Assembly (NCBI GenBank): GCA_047601445.1
Contig: JASGJH010000001.1
Location: forward strand, 6,496,001 to 6,560,000
Direction of reading: 5' to 3'
Source: Myxococcales bacterium
Lineage (GTDB): Bacteria; Myxococcota_A; Polyangia; Polyangiales; DASUME01
Length of the DNA: 64,000 bases
The position numbers and the translations under genes were made by a program. The stretch's first letter is position 1. Each line of letters starts with the position of its first letter. The notes under the pieces were generated by a model. It was not told the DNA's origin. It searched no databases and was given only the letters and a program-made list of their open reading frames with translations. This document shows positions 9,398 through 18,588 of the stretch, piece by piece.

Positions 9398-11053
9398 GTG
9401 ATGCGTCTTTTGGTCTCGTTTGTAGCGATTTGCTTTGGCGGATGCGCGTTCGATTGGTCCTCGTCGCCGGAGCATGCTGGAAAACTCATGACTTCGCCCG
9501 ATGCGTCGACACCGTTCGATGCCTCGACGGAAATGGATGGGGCCGCTCGACTGTCTGATGCCTCGGTGCCCGAGCGCGACGCGGCGACTTGTGTCGGTGA
9601 CTGCCGTGTTCGCTGCATGGAAAGCACGGAGTGTGCTGCGGGCAAGGTCTGCGAAGTGGACACGGGGAGCTGTGTCGAGTGCTACCAGCACGCCCAATGT
9701 TCTGGAGACAAGCCCTTCTGCGATCTCGAAAGCCGCACCTGCGTAGCCTGCCTCGAACAGAAGGACTGTGACCAGGCGGGAGCGAATGACCGATGCGTCG
9801 ACGGCGCATGCGTGTCGGCGTGCAGCACTGGATACGATTGTGCTGCACAACCAGGTAGCGTCTGCGACGCCGCTGAAGGCGCCTGCCTGTGCCTCGCAGC
9901 GGCCACTTCGTGTGCTCCCGACGGCCAAGTCCGAGCCAAGGACAGTTGCGGCTCCTACGGCAAGGTCGTCCAAGACTGTTGCGGTGCCGGCTGCGCGGGT
10001 GCCGCCTGCAACGCGCCCGTCGCCCATGCACGCATGGGGTGTCACGCAGGAGATTTGTACTGGATCGACAGCTGTGGCGTGGCCACGGACTTGATCCAGG
10101 ACTGTTGCGGCGCTGGATGCTCGAACGGCACCTGCGCGCCGGTCGACCCGCAAGCATCCAAGACCTGTTCGGGTGGTGACAGCTACTGGACCGATAGCTG
10201 CGGCGAGCTCGGATCCTTGGCGCAAGGATGCTGCGGTGTCGGCTGCAGCAGCGGTCAATGCAGCGCCGTCAACACGCAGGCGACAAAGCAGTGCTACCAG
10301 GGGCACGTGTACTGGTTCGACAGCTGCGGCACTCCCACCTCGATCGCGGAAAACTGCGGCTCGCGCGACTGCCTCAATGCGAAATGTCGGGCTGCTTGTC
10401 CTTCGGGTACCGTGCCGGTGCCTGGATTTGCCACGTGCATCGATCGCTACGAGGCGAGCTTCTGGAGCGCGAGCGCATGTTCGGGAACGCGCTACGACGC
10501 GGCGCCTGCAGGCTTTCCCAAGTACGTGACCAGCCAAGGCTTGCCCGCAACCTACACGCAGTGGGACACGGGCCAGGTGTACACGTTGCAGCAACCCACC
10601 GTGAACGTGTACGCCTGCAGCGTAGCGGGCGTGCGCCCCACCACCAACATCACGTACTTCCAGGCCAAGCGCGCCTGTGAAAACTCAGGCAAGCGGCTGT
10701 GTTCGGACGCCGAATGGGGCGCGTCCTGCCCCGGCACGTACCCCTACGGGGAGACGTACATCGAGGGAGCGTGCCACCGCACCTACTCGTCGACCGTTGC
10801 CACCACGGGAAGCTCGCCGCAGTGTGAGGGTGGGTTGACCGGACTCTTCGACATGGTTGGCAACGTGAGCGAGTGGCTGCAATGCCCGATCGACGCGCAG
10901 TACTGCAACCTGGCGAGCGGCATCCAGGTCGACAAGGACATGGGTTGTGCGTATCGGCAGGGAAACTCTCTCCGAGAGCCCGGTGTCTATCTCACTAGTG
11001 GCGGCACGTACGTCCCCACCGAAGAAGGAACGCGCTGCTGTCTTTCGCAGTAG
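9398..11053 (+). CDS. Cys-rich repeat lipoprotein with C-terminal FGE-sulfatase (SUMF1/CLec-like) domain
   Basis: Lipobox FGGC, four 42-aa Cys repeats, IDRYEA, GKRLCSDAEW, GLFDMVGNVSEW and terminal GTRCC. Confidence 0.85.
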   Translation: MMRLLVSFVAICFGGCAFDWSSSPEHAGKLMTSPDASTPFDASTEMDGAARLSDASVPERDAATCVGDCRVRCMESTECAAGKVCEVDTGSCVECYQHAQCSGDKPFCDLESRTCVACLEQKDCDQAGANDRCVDGACVSACSTGYDCAAQPGSVCDAAEGACLCLAAATSCAPDGQVRAKDSCGSYGKVVQDCCGAGCAGAACNAPVAHARMGCHAGDLYWIDSCGVATDLIQDCCGAGCSNGTCAPVDPQASKTCSGGDSYWTDSCGELGSLAQGCCGVGCSSGQCSAVNTQATKQCYQGHVYWFDSCGTPTSIAENCGSRDCLNAKCRAACPSGTVPVPGFATCIDRYEASFWSASACSGTRYDAAPAGFPKYVTSQGLPATYTQWDTGQVYTLQQPTVNVYACSVAGVRPTTNITYFQAKRACENSGKRLCSDAEWGASCPGTYPYGETYIEGACHRTYSSTVATTGSSPQCEGGLTGLFDMVGNVSEWLQCPIDAQYCNLASGIQVDKDMGCAYRQGNSLREPGVYLTSGGTYVPTEEGTRCCLSQ

Positions 11054-11064
11054 CTCCCTCTCGC

Positions 11065-12957
11065 CTAATCTCGCCGCCCGAGAGCTCGGTCGAGGTTGTA
11101 CGCGGCGCTGATCAAGGCGAGGTGCGTAAAGGCTTGAGGAAAGTTCCCGAGCGCCGCGCCCGAGGGGCCGATTTCCTCGGAGTAGAGGCCGAGGTGGTTC
11201 GCGTAGCCAAGCATGCGCTCGAACATGAGGCGGGCGCTGTCGAGGTACTTGCGGTCGGCTACGCTTGCTCTGGTGAGTGCTTCGACGAGCCAGAAGGAGC
11301 ACAGGTTGAAGGTTCCCTCGTGGCCGACGAGTCCGTCGGGACTGCGGTCGAGGTCGTAGCGGTACACGAGGCTGTCGGAGACCAGGCCGCCCGCGGACGG
11401 TGGCTTGAGGGTGGCGTCGAGCGTGCTGAGCATGCGCGGGTCCACGGGGGACATGAAGAAGACGAGTGGCATGGAGAGGTTGGCGGCGTCGAGTGAGTCC
11501 ACGCCGTAGGCCTGCAGGAAGGCGCCGCGCTCGCTGCTGTAGCCGCGTGCTTGCACCTGTTCGTAGATGGCGTCGCGCACCGCGAGCCAGCGCTGCCGAT
11601 CGGCCGGGAAGGAGCGCTTGTCCGCCAAGCGCAGCGCGCGGTCGACCGCCACCCAGCACATCACCTTGGAATAGATGAAGTGCTTGGGGCCCCCGCGCAC
11701 TTCCCAGATGCCGTCGTCCTCCTCTTCCCAGTGATCGCACACCCAGTTGACGAGCCGACGCAAGTGCAGCCAGAGATCGTAGCTGATGGGTGCACCGTGC
11801 TTGTTGTAGAGGTAGACCGCGTCCATCAGCTCGCCGTAAATGTCGAGCTGCTTCTGCAAGTGCGCCCCGTTCCCGATGCGTACGGGAGCGCTGCCACGGT
11901 GTCCCCGCAAGTGCGGCAAGATCTCTTCGTGGAGCTCGTGCCGGCCGTCGATTCCATACATGATCTGTAGGGAACCATCGGGCTCCAGCTCCTTGCAGCG
12001 CGCCTCGACCCAGCCCATGAAGTGCCCGGCCTCGCGCGTGAATCCGATGCGCATGAAGGCGTACACGGTGAAGGCCGCGTCGCGTAGCCACGTGTAGCGA
12101 TAGTCCCAGTTGCGCGTGCCACCGATGAACTCGGGCAGACTGCAAGTGGGGGAGGCCACGATGGCTCCCGTGGGTTCGAAGGTCATGAGCTTGAGAGCCA
12201 GGGCCGAGCGATGCACCATCTCGCGCCAGCGACCGGTGTACGTGCACCCGCCGATCCAGTGGCGCCAGTACTCCGCGGTCTGTTGAAACAGCAGGTCCCC
12301 GGTGTGTCCCGCGTACACCGTTCGCGTGCAGTTCTCGCAGGCGCCCTCCGTGAGCGTGAACACGGCGGACTGCCCTTCTTCGAGCGAAAACGTGGTCACC
12401 GCAGCGGGCCCTTCGAGGTAGAGCTTGGTCTCGCTGGCCAGGCTGAAGGCGAGATCGCGGGAGCGAAAGCAGACCCCGCCCGTGATGCGTTGGCTCGTGT
12501 GGACGTCGCGTCCGTAGTTGAAGGCAGGCCGGCAATCGAGCTTGAACTCCATGTGCCCGCGCACGAGGGTCACGCGGCGGATCAAGCGTCTCGGCGTCTG
12601 GTCGCTGGCCTTCGAGATCGGCATGAAGTCGTAGAGCTCGGCCACGCCGTCCGCGCTCATGAAGCGCGTGACGAGCACGTTGGTTTCGGGCCAATAGAAC
12701 TGTTTGCTGACGACCCCATCGGGTTCGACGGGAGCGATCTGGTAGTAGCCGCCGCGCTCGCTATCGAGGATGGAGGCGAACAGCGCTGGGCTATCGAAGT
12801 AGGGGTAGCAGAACCAATCGATGGTGCCGTCGCTGGCCACCAGGGCGCAGCTCCGCAGGTCCCCGATGATGCCGTGATCCTCGATGGCCGGGGCGGCGCG
12901 CGGGGCGCTGATTCCGCGGTGTTCCGCGCTGACGTGAGATGCCGACTGCGCGTGCAT
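11065..12957 (-). CDS. glycoside hydrolase family 15 (trehalase/glucoamylase-like)
   Basis: [35 protein letters not shown] and [10 protein letters not shown] motifs. Confidence 0.95.
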   Translation of the reverse strand: MHAQSASHVSAEHRGISAPRAAPAIEDHGIIGDLRSCALVASDGTIDWFCYPYFDSPALFASILDSERGGYYQIAPVEPDGVVSKQFYWPETNVLVTRFMSADGVAELYDFMPISKASDQTPRRLIRRVTLVRGHMEFKLDCRPAFNYGRDVHTSQRITGGVCFRSRDLAFSLASETKLYLEGPAAVTTFSLEEGQSAVFTLTEGACENCTRTVYAGHTGDLLFQQTAEYWRHWIGGCTYTGRWREMVHRSALALKLMTFEPTGAIVASPTCSLPEFIGGTRNWDYRYTWLRDAAFTVYAFMRIGFTREAGHFMGWVEARCKELEPDGSLQIMYGIDGRHELHEEILPHLRGHRGSAPVRIGNGAHLQKQLDIYGELMDAVYLYNKHGAPISYDLWLHLRRLVNWVCDHWEEEDDGIWEVRGGPKHFIYSKVMCWVAVDRALRLADKRSFPADRQRWLAVRDAIYEQVQARGYSSERGAFLQAYGVDSLDAANLSMPLVFFMSPVDPRMLSTLDATLKPPSAGGLVSDSLVYRYDLDRSPDGLVGHEGTFNLCSFWLVEALTRASVADRKYLDSARLMFERMLGYANHLGLYSEEIGPSGAALGNFPQAFTHLALISAAYNLDRALGRRD

Positions 12958-13043
12958 GCTGCTGGACCTCAGCGCACCGAGGTAAGCGCAGGCCGGAGAC
13001 GGGCAAGTCGGGTAAGCACGCGCCGGTCACGGGCGATGTGAGC

Positions 13044-13931
13044 TCAGGGAATTCCGCGCCACTTTGCGGCGTCGCGCACGAACAGTTCGGTGAGGAAGTC
13101 CATGCAGGCTCGCACACGGGCGACGCGCGTGAGGTCGGGATGCACTACCAGCAAGATGTCTCGCGCCCCCACCAGCTCGGGCACCAAGCGCACCAGGGAG
13201 TCGTCGCGATCGGCGGTGAAGCACGGCAGCGCCACGACGCCAAAGCCGTAGCTGCCCGCTGACTGCGCGGCCGCGATGCTGTTGGCTCTCAGCACCACGT
13301 TCGCCCCGCGTCCATGTCGCTGCAACCACTGAGCGCCGATGATGCTGGTCAGGCTCGTGTCGAAGCCGATCACGTCATGGCCCACCACGTCGGAGTGACT
13401 CGTCACCGGTCCCTTGCGCTCCAGGTACTTGGCCGAGGCGTAGAGTGACCAGCCCGCTTCCCCGAAGCGCTTCACCACGAGCTCCGGGTCCGTCACGTCG
13501 CGAAAGCGCACCGCGAGGTCCGCCTCGCCGCGTCGCAGATCGAGCTCGCGATTGTCGCTCAAGAGCTCCACGAGCAACCCCGGATGGAGCTCGCGCAGCA
13601 CGGCCAGCTCCTGCACCATGTAGGAGTCGATGGATTCGGGCACCGTGAGTCGCACGCTGCCTTCGACTCTGGAGTCTCCGCCGCGCACGCGGCGTGCCAC
13701 GGCTTCGGCATGTTCGAGCATGGCTTCGGCGTGGGGCAGGATATCGAGGCCGGCCGGCGTCAGATGGAGCCCTTCGGGCCCCCGCGTGAAGAGCTTCGTG
13801 CCGAGCGCAGTCTCGAGGGCACCGACTCGGCGGCTCACCGTGGTGTGTTCGCAGCCCAGGCTGCGCCCTGCGGCGACCCAGGTTTGAGCCTGAGCGGCGG
13901 CCAGGAAATAGCGGAGATCATTCCAGTCCAC
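13044..13931 (-). CDS. LysR family transcriptional regulator
   Basis: DWNDLRYFL...TTVSRRVGALE...LFTR HTH and DLRRGEADLAVR. Divergent from the cytochrome c gene. Confidence 0.95.
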   Translation of the reverse strand: MDWNDLRYFLAAAQAQTWVAAGRSLGCEHTTVSRRVGALETALGTKLFTRGPEGLHLTPAGLDILPHAEAMLEHAEAVARRVRGGDSRVEGSVRLTVPESIDSYMVQELAVLRELHPGLLVELLSDNRELDLRRGEADLAVRFRDVTDPELVVKRFGEAGWSLYASAKYLERKGPVTSHSDVVGHDVIGFDTSLTSIIGAQWLQRHGRGANVVLRANSIAAAQSAGSYGFGVVALPCFTADRDDSLVRLVPELVGARDILLVVHPDLTRVARVRACMDFLTELFVRDAAKWRGIP

Positions 13932-14024
13932 GGCAGGCGTGCAGGCTTGCACAGGGGCTGTGCGCAATCAATCCGCCAGAGTCTGCTCGGGGCTTGCGTA
14001 AGACCGCGCAAAGGACCTCACGCC

Positions 14025-14642
14025 ATGTCTTCACAGAAATCATTCTCTGCCCTCACACTCAGTTGGACCGGCACCGCGCTGCTCACGTGTCTTTCGATCA
14101 CGGCCTGCTCCAGCTCCGACGCTCCCAAGTCGCAGGCCCGGGAGCTCATGCCCAGTCAGCGCGACCGCGTCGCGCGCGGCGAGTATCTGGTCACCACCAG
14201 CGGCTGCCACGACTGTCATTCCCCCAAGGTGATGACCGAGCACGGGCCCGAACCAGATCCCAATCGCCTGATGTCGGGTCACCCGTCGGGCGAGGCACTG
14301 CCGCCGGTGGCGAGCACCGATCCTCGCTGGATCGCCTTCAGCATGGGGCTCACCGCCACGGTGGGCCCGTGGGGAGTCTCCCATGCGGCCAACCTCACGC
14401 CGGATGACACCGGCATCGGGACCTGGAGCTTCGAGCAATTCGAGACCGCGATTCGCCGCGGCAAGTCCAAGGGCCTGGTGGGTGCGCGCGACCTGCTGCC
14501 GCCCATGCCGTGGCCCATGTACAAGCACTTCAACGACGAAGACCTGCGCTCCATCTTCGCCTATTTGAAGTCGCTCAAGCCCGTGAAGAACCTGGTGCCC
14601 GCACCGATCCCGCCGGGGGCGGCGCCGCAGGTCGACGGCTGA
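14025..14642 (+). CDS. c-type cytochrome lipoprotein (one CxxCH)
   Basis: Lipobox ITAC, RGEYLV...GCHDCH, ANLTPDDTGIG, PPMPW and DLRSIFAYLKSL. Confidence 0.9.
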   Translation: MSSQKSFSALTLSWTGTALLTCLSITACSSSDAPKSQARELMPSQRDRVARGEYLVTTSGCHDCHSPKVMTEHGPEPDPNRLMSGHPSGEALPPVASTDPRWIAFSMGLTATVGPWGVSHAANLTPDDTGIGTWSFEQFETAIRRGKSKGLVGARDLLPPMPWPMYKHFNDEDLRSIFAYLKSLKPVKNLVPAPIPPGAAPQVDG

Positions 14643-14682
14643 GTGCCCCCGTTCCCTGGCGGAGTTGCCGTTCGCCGGCCCC

Positions 14683-14722
14683 TGTTGTGCCGGCTGCAAC
14701 AGGTGTCGCCGACCACGCGACA
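14683..14722. promoter_or_regulatory. two tandem 19-bp palindromes (TGTYG-N9-CRACA), candidate activator binding sites
   Basis: TGTTGTGCCGGCTGCAACA (14683-14701) and TGTCGCCGACCACGCGACA (14704-14722), starts 21 bp apart. Confidence 0.65.
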
Positions 14723-14763
14723 GTTGGATGAGATGAAGCCTGGAAATTACGAGGGAATCGGAT

Positions 14764-14779
14764 CGGTCCGAAGCTTGCT
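14764..14779 (+). promoter_or_regulatory. candidate sigma54 (-24/-12) promoter of the globin gene
   Basis: CGGTCCG-AAGC-TTGCT has GG-N10-GC spacing with a consensus TTGC -12 box, about 50 bp upstream of the ATG. Confidence 0.55.
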
Positions 14780-14829
14780 GTAGGGGCTGGTACGGCTCGC
14801 ACGGGGCCGCCTACTCAAGGAGCACTCCG

Positions 14830-15243
14830 ATGGCACTCCAGGTCGACCTTCTGCGGCAGAGCTTCGAGCTCGTGGTGGAGCGGAACCCCGATCTCACGGT
14901 TCGATTCTATGAAATCCTGTTCGAGCGCTATCCGCAGCTGAAGCCGATGTTCGACCCGAGCCGGCGCGCCCAGCAGGCCAAGATGTTGGCCACCGCCTTG
15001 GGGGCCGTACTCGATCACCTGGAAGACGCCGCCTGGCTCGAAGCCCACCTGTCGGCGCTGGGCACCCGTCACGTGGACTACGGCGTGACCCACCAGATGT
15101 ACGACTGGGTCGGTGACTCGCTCTTGATCACGCTCGCCGAAGTGGCCGGCGGAGACTGGACTCCCCATCTCCAGGAAGCCTGGAGCGAGGCCTATGGCGC
15201 CATCGTGGGCTTGATGCTGCGACCGGCAGCGGCCGCCGAGTAA
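14830..15243 (+). CDS. single-domain globin (flavohaemoglobin-type 3/3 fold)
   Basis: SF...RFY (B10 Tyr), PMF (CD1 Phe), QQ (E7 Gln), LGTRHVDYGV (F8 His), AWSEAY. AAGGAG RBS present. Confidence 0.95.
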   Translation: MALQVDLLRQSFELVVERNPDLTVRFYEILFERYPQLKPMFDPSRRAQQAKMLATALGAVLDHLEDAAWLEAHLSALGTRHVDYGVTHQMYDWVGDSLLITLAEVAGGDWTPHLQEAWSEAYGAIVGLMLRPAAAAE

Positions 15244-15260
15244 TGCGGTGGAGGAGCGCG

Positions 15261-16766
15261 CTACAACGACGGACGGGAGGAGCGCTTGTTGCCGGTGTTC
15301 ATCCCTCGCTGCATGGCGCTGGAGATCTGTTGGTAGGCACCGGTCCACGCCGCGTTGAGCGCCGGGTTCCAGTGCGCGGAATCGAACTCGGCCAGGCTCT
15401 CGAGCAGCGCCGTGCCCACGTCGTCGAAGTCGGTCGCGCGCACGCCGTAGAGGGCATGTCGACGACCCAGCTCTTCCAGCAGCGGCGTGAGGCGTTCGGG
15501 GCGGTCGAGGTGTTCGAGGGCGAGCTGCAGGGCACCCACGAGCTTGAGCTGTTGTTCTCCCAGGTCGGCCGGGAACAGCCCACGCACGTCGGGACGGGCC
15601 TCGAAGAGGCGCGCGTAGAAGCGGGCCGTCAGTTCCACCGCGCGGGATTCGATGCGGGCGAACGACGCCACCACGAGCTTTTGGCCGCCATCAGGGGCGC
15701 TGGACGGTGCGCGCTGCACCAGCCGCAGCAGCCGCTCGAGGTCCTCCAGGGCGCCGCACAGCTCGATCGCGGTGGGAAAGCGCAAGCTGGGATCGCGCTT
15801 GAGGGAGCGGTCGACGATCTCCGCGAGCATCGCCGGCACCTCCGGGACCAGGCTCGCCAGCGGAGCGGGATCGCGAAACGCGGGATCACGCAGGCCTTCT
15901 CCCGGCCCGATGGTCCCGCGCGGGGGCGAGCCGGTGCACAGCTCGTGCAGCACGAGGCCGAGGCTGTAGACGTCGGAGCGCGCGTCGCCGAGGCCGAGCC
16001 AGACTTCGGGCGCCACGTAGAGCGGCGTGCCGAGGATCATGCCGGGTGCGGTGAGTCCCTCGGCCGCTCCCAAACTCCATTGCTCGTGGGCGCCAAGCTC
16101 TCCGGTTTGCTTCCAGGAATCGGAGATCGGCTGACTGTCCGACGGTTTCAGCGCGCTGTCGGAGTCGGCCGCGCGGGCGGCGGCGCCGAGTGGCAGGGTC
16201 GCGGCAGCGTTGCCTTCGTGCCAGGGCGTGACCGGTTGCCACGAGACCCGCGAGTTAGGGCCGAGCGAGAACTTGGCCAGACCGAAGTCGAGCAGCTTCA
16301 CCACACCGCTGGCATCGACCATGGCATTGGCGGGCTTGATGTCGCGGTGGACCGTGCCCGAGCGATGGACCGCCGAGAGGCCACGCGCCAATCCGAGGGC
16401 GAGATCGAAGACGCGGCGCCAGTGGACCGGTCGCGGGATTTGCTCGAGGCTCTCCCCCTCCACGAACTCGTAGGCGATGTAGGGGCGACCCAGCACGTCA
16501 CCGATGCGATAGATGGCGACCACATTGGGATGCTGCAGGCGCGCGATGGCCTGGGCCTCGACCAGAAAGCGACCGCGCAGGGCCAGGTCCGGCTTACCGG
16601 CGATGAACTTGAGCGCCACGCGCCGGTCGAGCAGCGTGTCGTGTCCGAGGTAGACGTGGCCCATGCCGCCGCGACCGAGCGGCCGGATGACCTTGAACTC
16701 ATCCACCTGTCCGGAGGGGGTCCACTCCTCTGAAGCTGTGCCGAAGCTATCCACGAGTGACGACAA
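15261..16766 (-). CDS. Hanks-type Ser/Thr kinase fused to a C-terminal globin domain
   Basis: GRGGMG, VALK, HRDIKPAN, DFG, GTPLYVAPE and SDVYSLG, then a globin (RFY, GLF, EQQ, LGRRHALYGV, AWTGAY). No TM helix. Start TTG 16766 or GTG 16754. Confidence 0.92.
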   Translation of the reverse strand: MSSLVDSFGTASEEWTPSGQVDEFKVIRPLGRGGMGHVYLGHDTLLDRRVALKFIAGKPDLALRGRFLVEAQAIARLQHPNVVAIYRIGDVLGRPYIAYEFVEGESLEQIPRPVHWRRVFDLALGLARGLSAVHRSGTVHRDIKPANAMVDASGVVKLLDFGLAKFSLGPNSRVSWQPVTPWHEGNAAATLPLGAAARAADSDSALKPSDSQPISDSWKQTGELGAHEQWSLGAAEGLTAPGMILGTPLYVAPEVWLGLGDARSDVYSLGLVLHELCTGSPPRGTIGPGEGLRDPAFRDPAPLASLVPEVPAMLAEIVDRSLKRDPSLRFPTAIELCGALEDLERLLRLVQRAPSSAPDGGQKLVVASFARIESRAVELTARFYARLFEARPDVRGLFPADLGEQQLKLVGALQLALEHLDRPERLTPLLEELGRRHALYGVRATDFDDVGTALLESLAEFDSAHWNPALNAAWTGAYQQISSAMQRGMNTGNKRSSRPSL

Positions 16767-16824
16767 CCGGCCGCATCCTACTTGGATCCCAGGGCCGGGA
16801 GCAAACCGTCTGAGGTGAAAAACC

Positions 16825-18216
16825 CTACTTGAGTCCGGCGCGCCACAGCAGTCGGTAAAATTGTGCGCGATCCAACCCTGCAGCGCGCGCGGCGGCACTC
16901 ACGTTTCCTGCGTGTCGTGCGAGTAGGGCGGTCAGGTAGCGACGCTCGAGCTGGCTGCTCCAGCGCTCCCGGGACTCGCGGTAAGGCAGACTCGGATCGA
17001 TCAGGGCGTCGAGCGAGTCTGACGAATCTGGAGGGGTGGCGTCGAGGTTCGCGGGTACGGCCGTCTGATGCAAGATGCAGCGCTCGAGGTAGTTGCGAAG
17101 TTCGCGCACATTGCCTGGCCAGCGATGACGGGCGAGCTCGCTCAAGAACGCCGGGGAGCGCAGGAACGAAAGCTCAGCACGCTCGGGGTCGTGGCCGAGT
17201 TTGCGCAAGAGATGCGGGACCAATACCGCGAAGTCTTCGCTGCGCTCGCGCAGGGGTGGCAACCTCACCTCCAGCACCGCCAAGCGGAAGAAGAGATCGC
17301 TGCGGAAGCGGCGCGCGTTGACCTCGGCCCGGAGGTCTCGGTGAGTGGCGGCGATGACCCGCACGTCCACTTGCTGCGTGCGGTCGCTGCCCACGGGCTT
17401 GATGGTGTGTCGTTCGAGGACCCGCAGCAGCTTGGGTTGAAGCTCCAGGTCGAGCTCCCCGATCTCGTCCAGCAGCAAGGTGCCGCCGTGCGCCGCCGCG
17501 AAGGCTCCCTGGCGTGTGCCCGTGGCGCCGGTGAAAGCGCCCTTCTCGTGCCCGAATAACTCGCTCTCGAGCAACGCACCGGGGATCGCTCCGCAGTCGA
17601 CTACCACGAAGGGACCATCGCGGCGCGGGCTCTGATCGTGCAGGGCCTCCGCCACGGCTTCCTTGCCCGTGCCCGTCTCTCCCAGCACGAGCACGGTGGA
17701 TTCGCTGGCCCCCACGCGCTCGAGCAGTGCGAACACCTGCCGCATCGCGAGCGAGCTACCGACCATGTCACCGAACACGCTCTGGGTGGAGAGCGGCACC
17801 CGCAGGGAGCCCGGGTCGAGCTCCACGCGCAGGCGGGTCCGGCCCACCTCCACGACCGAGCCAGGCCGAAGCCGCGCGTGCAGCACCGAGACGCCGTCCA
17901 GGCGCGTGCCATTGCGACTCCCCAGATCGCGCACGTGGACTTCATTGCCCACCACGCTGAGCTCGCAATGAAAGCGCGACACCGTGGGGTCTTCGAGGCA
18001 GATGGGGGCACCCTTGGCCGACCCGATGGCGAACTGGGATGCCGGAGCGACGAAGCGCGTGCCCTTTTGGTTTCCGTCGAGCACCACGAGAGCCAGCTGG
18101 CGCACCATGGCGTGGGGACCGTCCGGCGCCTCGAGCATGAGCGTGGACAGGCCCGTAATGGCTTGCTCTGGCGCGTGGGACTCGGGCTCGTCGTCGGCGG
18201 AATTCACGGCGAACAT
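16825..18216 (-). CDS. FHA-domain sigma54-dependent enhancer-binding protein
   Basis: FHA (IG...VSRFHC...DLGSRNGT), Walker [28 protein letters not shown] and a Fis-type HTH ([11 protein letters not shown]). Confidence 0.95.
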   Translation of the reverse strand: MFAVNSADDEPESHAPEQAITGLSTLMLEAPDGPHAMVRQLALVVLDGNQKGTRFVAPASQFAIGSAKGAPICLEDPTVSRFHCELSVVGNEVHVRDLGSRNGTRLDGVSVLHARLRPGSVVEVGRTRLRVELDPGSLRVPLSTQSVFGDMVGSSLAMRQVFALLERVGASESTVLVLGETGTGKEAVAEALHDQSPRRDGPFVVVDCGAIPGALLESELFGHEKGAFTGATGTRQGAFAAAHGGTLLLDEIGELDLELQPKLLRVLERHTIKPVGSDRTQQVDVRVIAATHRDLRAEVNARRFRSDLFFRLAVLEVRLPPLRERSEDFAVLVPHLLRKLGHDPERAELSFLRSPAFLSELARHRWPGNVRELRNYLERCILHQTAVPANLDATPPDSSDSLDALIDPSLPYRESRERWSSQLERRYLTALLARHAGNVSAAARAAGLDRAQFYRLLWRAGLK

Positions 18217-18378
18217 AGTACTAGAGCGCGCGTGTCCACGCGCAAGCTGGGTTGGCAGGTGAAGGGCGAATTGCGTGCTTGCCGTGCCGAGTTGTTCTGG
18301 TTAACTCAGTTACAGAGCCCGCTGCGGCGCAGCGATCTGCCGGACCCTCGGCAGCCAAGCACTCTTTGTTTTGCGCGG

Positions 18379-18529
18379 CGCGCTCGGGGCGCCCAGCACT
18401 CGTGTCGCGCTCGGAGCGCCCGGCACTCGTCTCTTCGCGTAGTGCGCTCGATATTTCTGCTCGCGCAGTACGCTCGATATTTCTGCTCGCGCAGTACGCT
18501 CGATATTTCTGCTCGCGCAATGCGCTCGA
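18379..18529. repeat. intergenic tandem repeats (27 bp x2, then 26 bp x3.3)
   Basis: CGCGCTCGGrGCGCCCrGCACTCGTsT at 18379 and 18406; CGCTCGATATTTCTGCTCGCGCAGTA at 18445, 18471 and 18497, with a partial copy at 18523. Confidence 0.9.
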
Positions 18530-18588
18530 CCGCGCCGCGCGCCTTCCCTGCCGCCTCTCGCCTTTCAGCCAAATCGACAGGAGAATCC

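Noticed and set aside
9398..11053. diversity-generating retroelement target
   Set aside because: The CLec/FGE fold fits, but I see no reverse transcriptase, Avd or template repeat in the window. A remote DGR cannot be excluded.
18445..18529. CRISPR array or plasmid iterons
   Set aside because: The 26-bp units are contiguous without spacers, and no cas or rep gene is nearby.
17638..18588. N-terminal extension of the 716-aa ORF
   Set aside because: It overlaps the FHA activator antisense and the tandem repeats. An RBS and signal peptide support a start at 18589.
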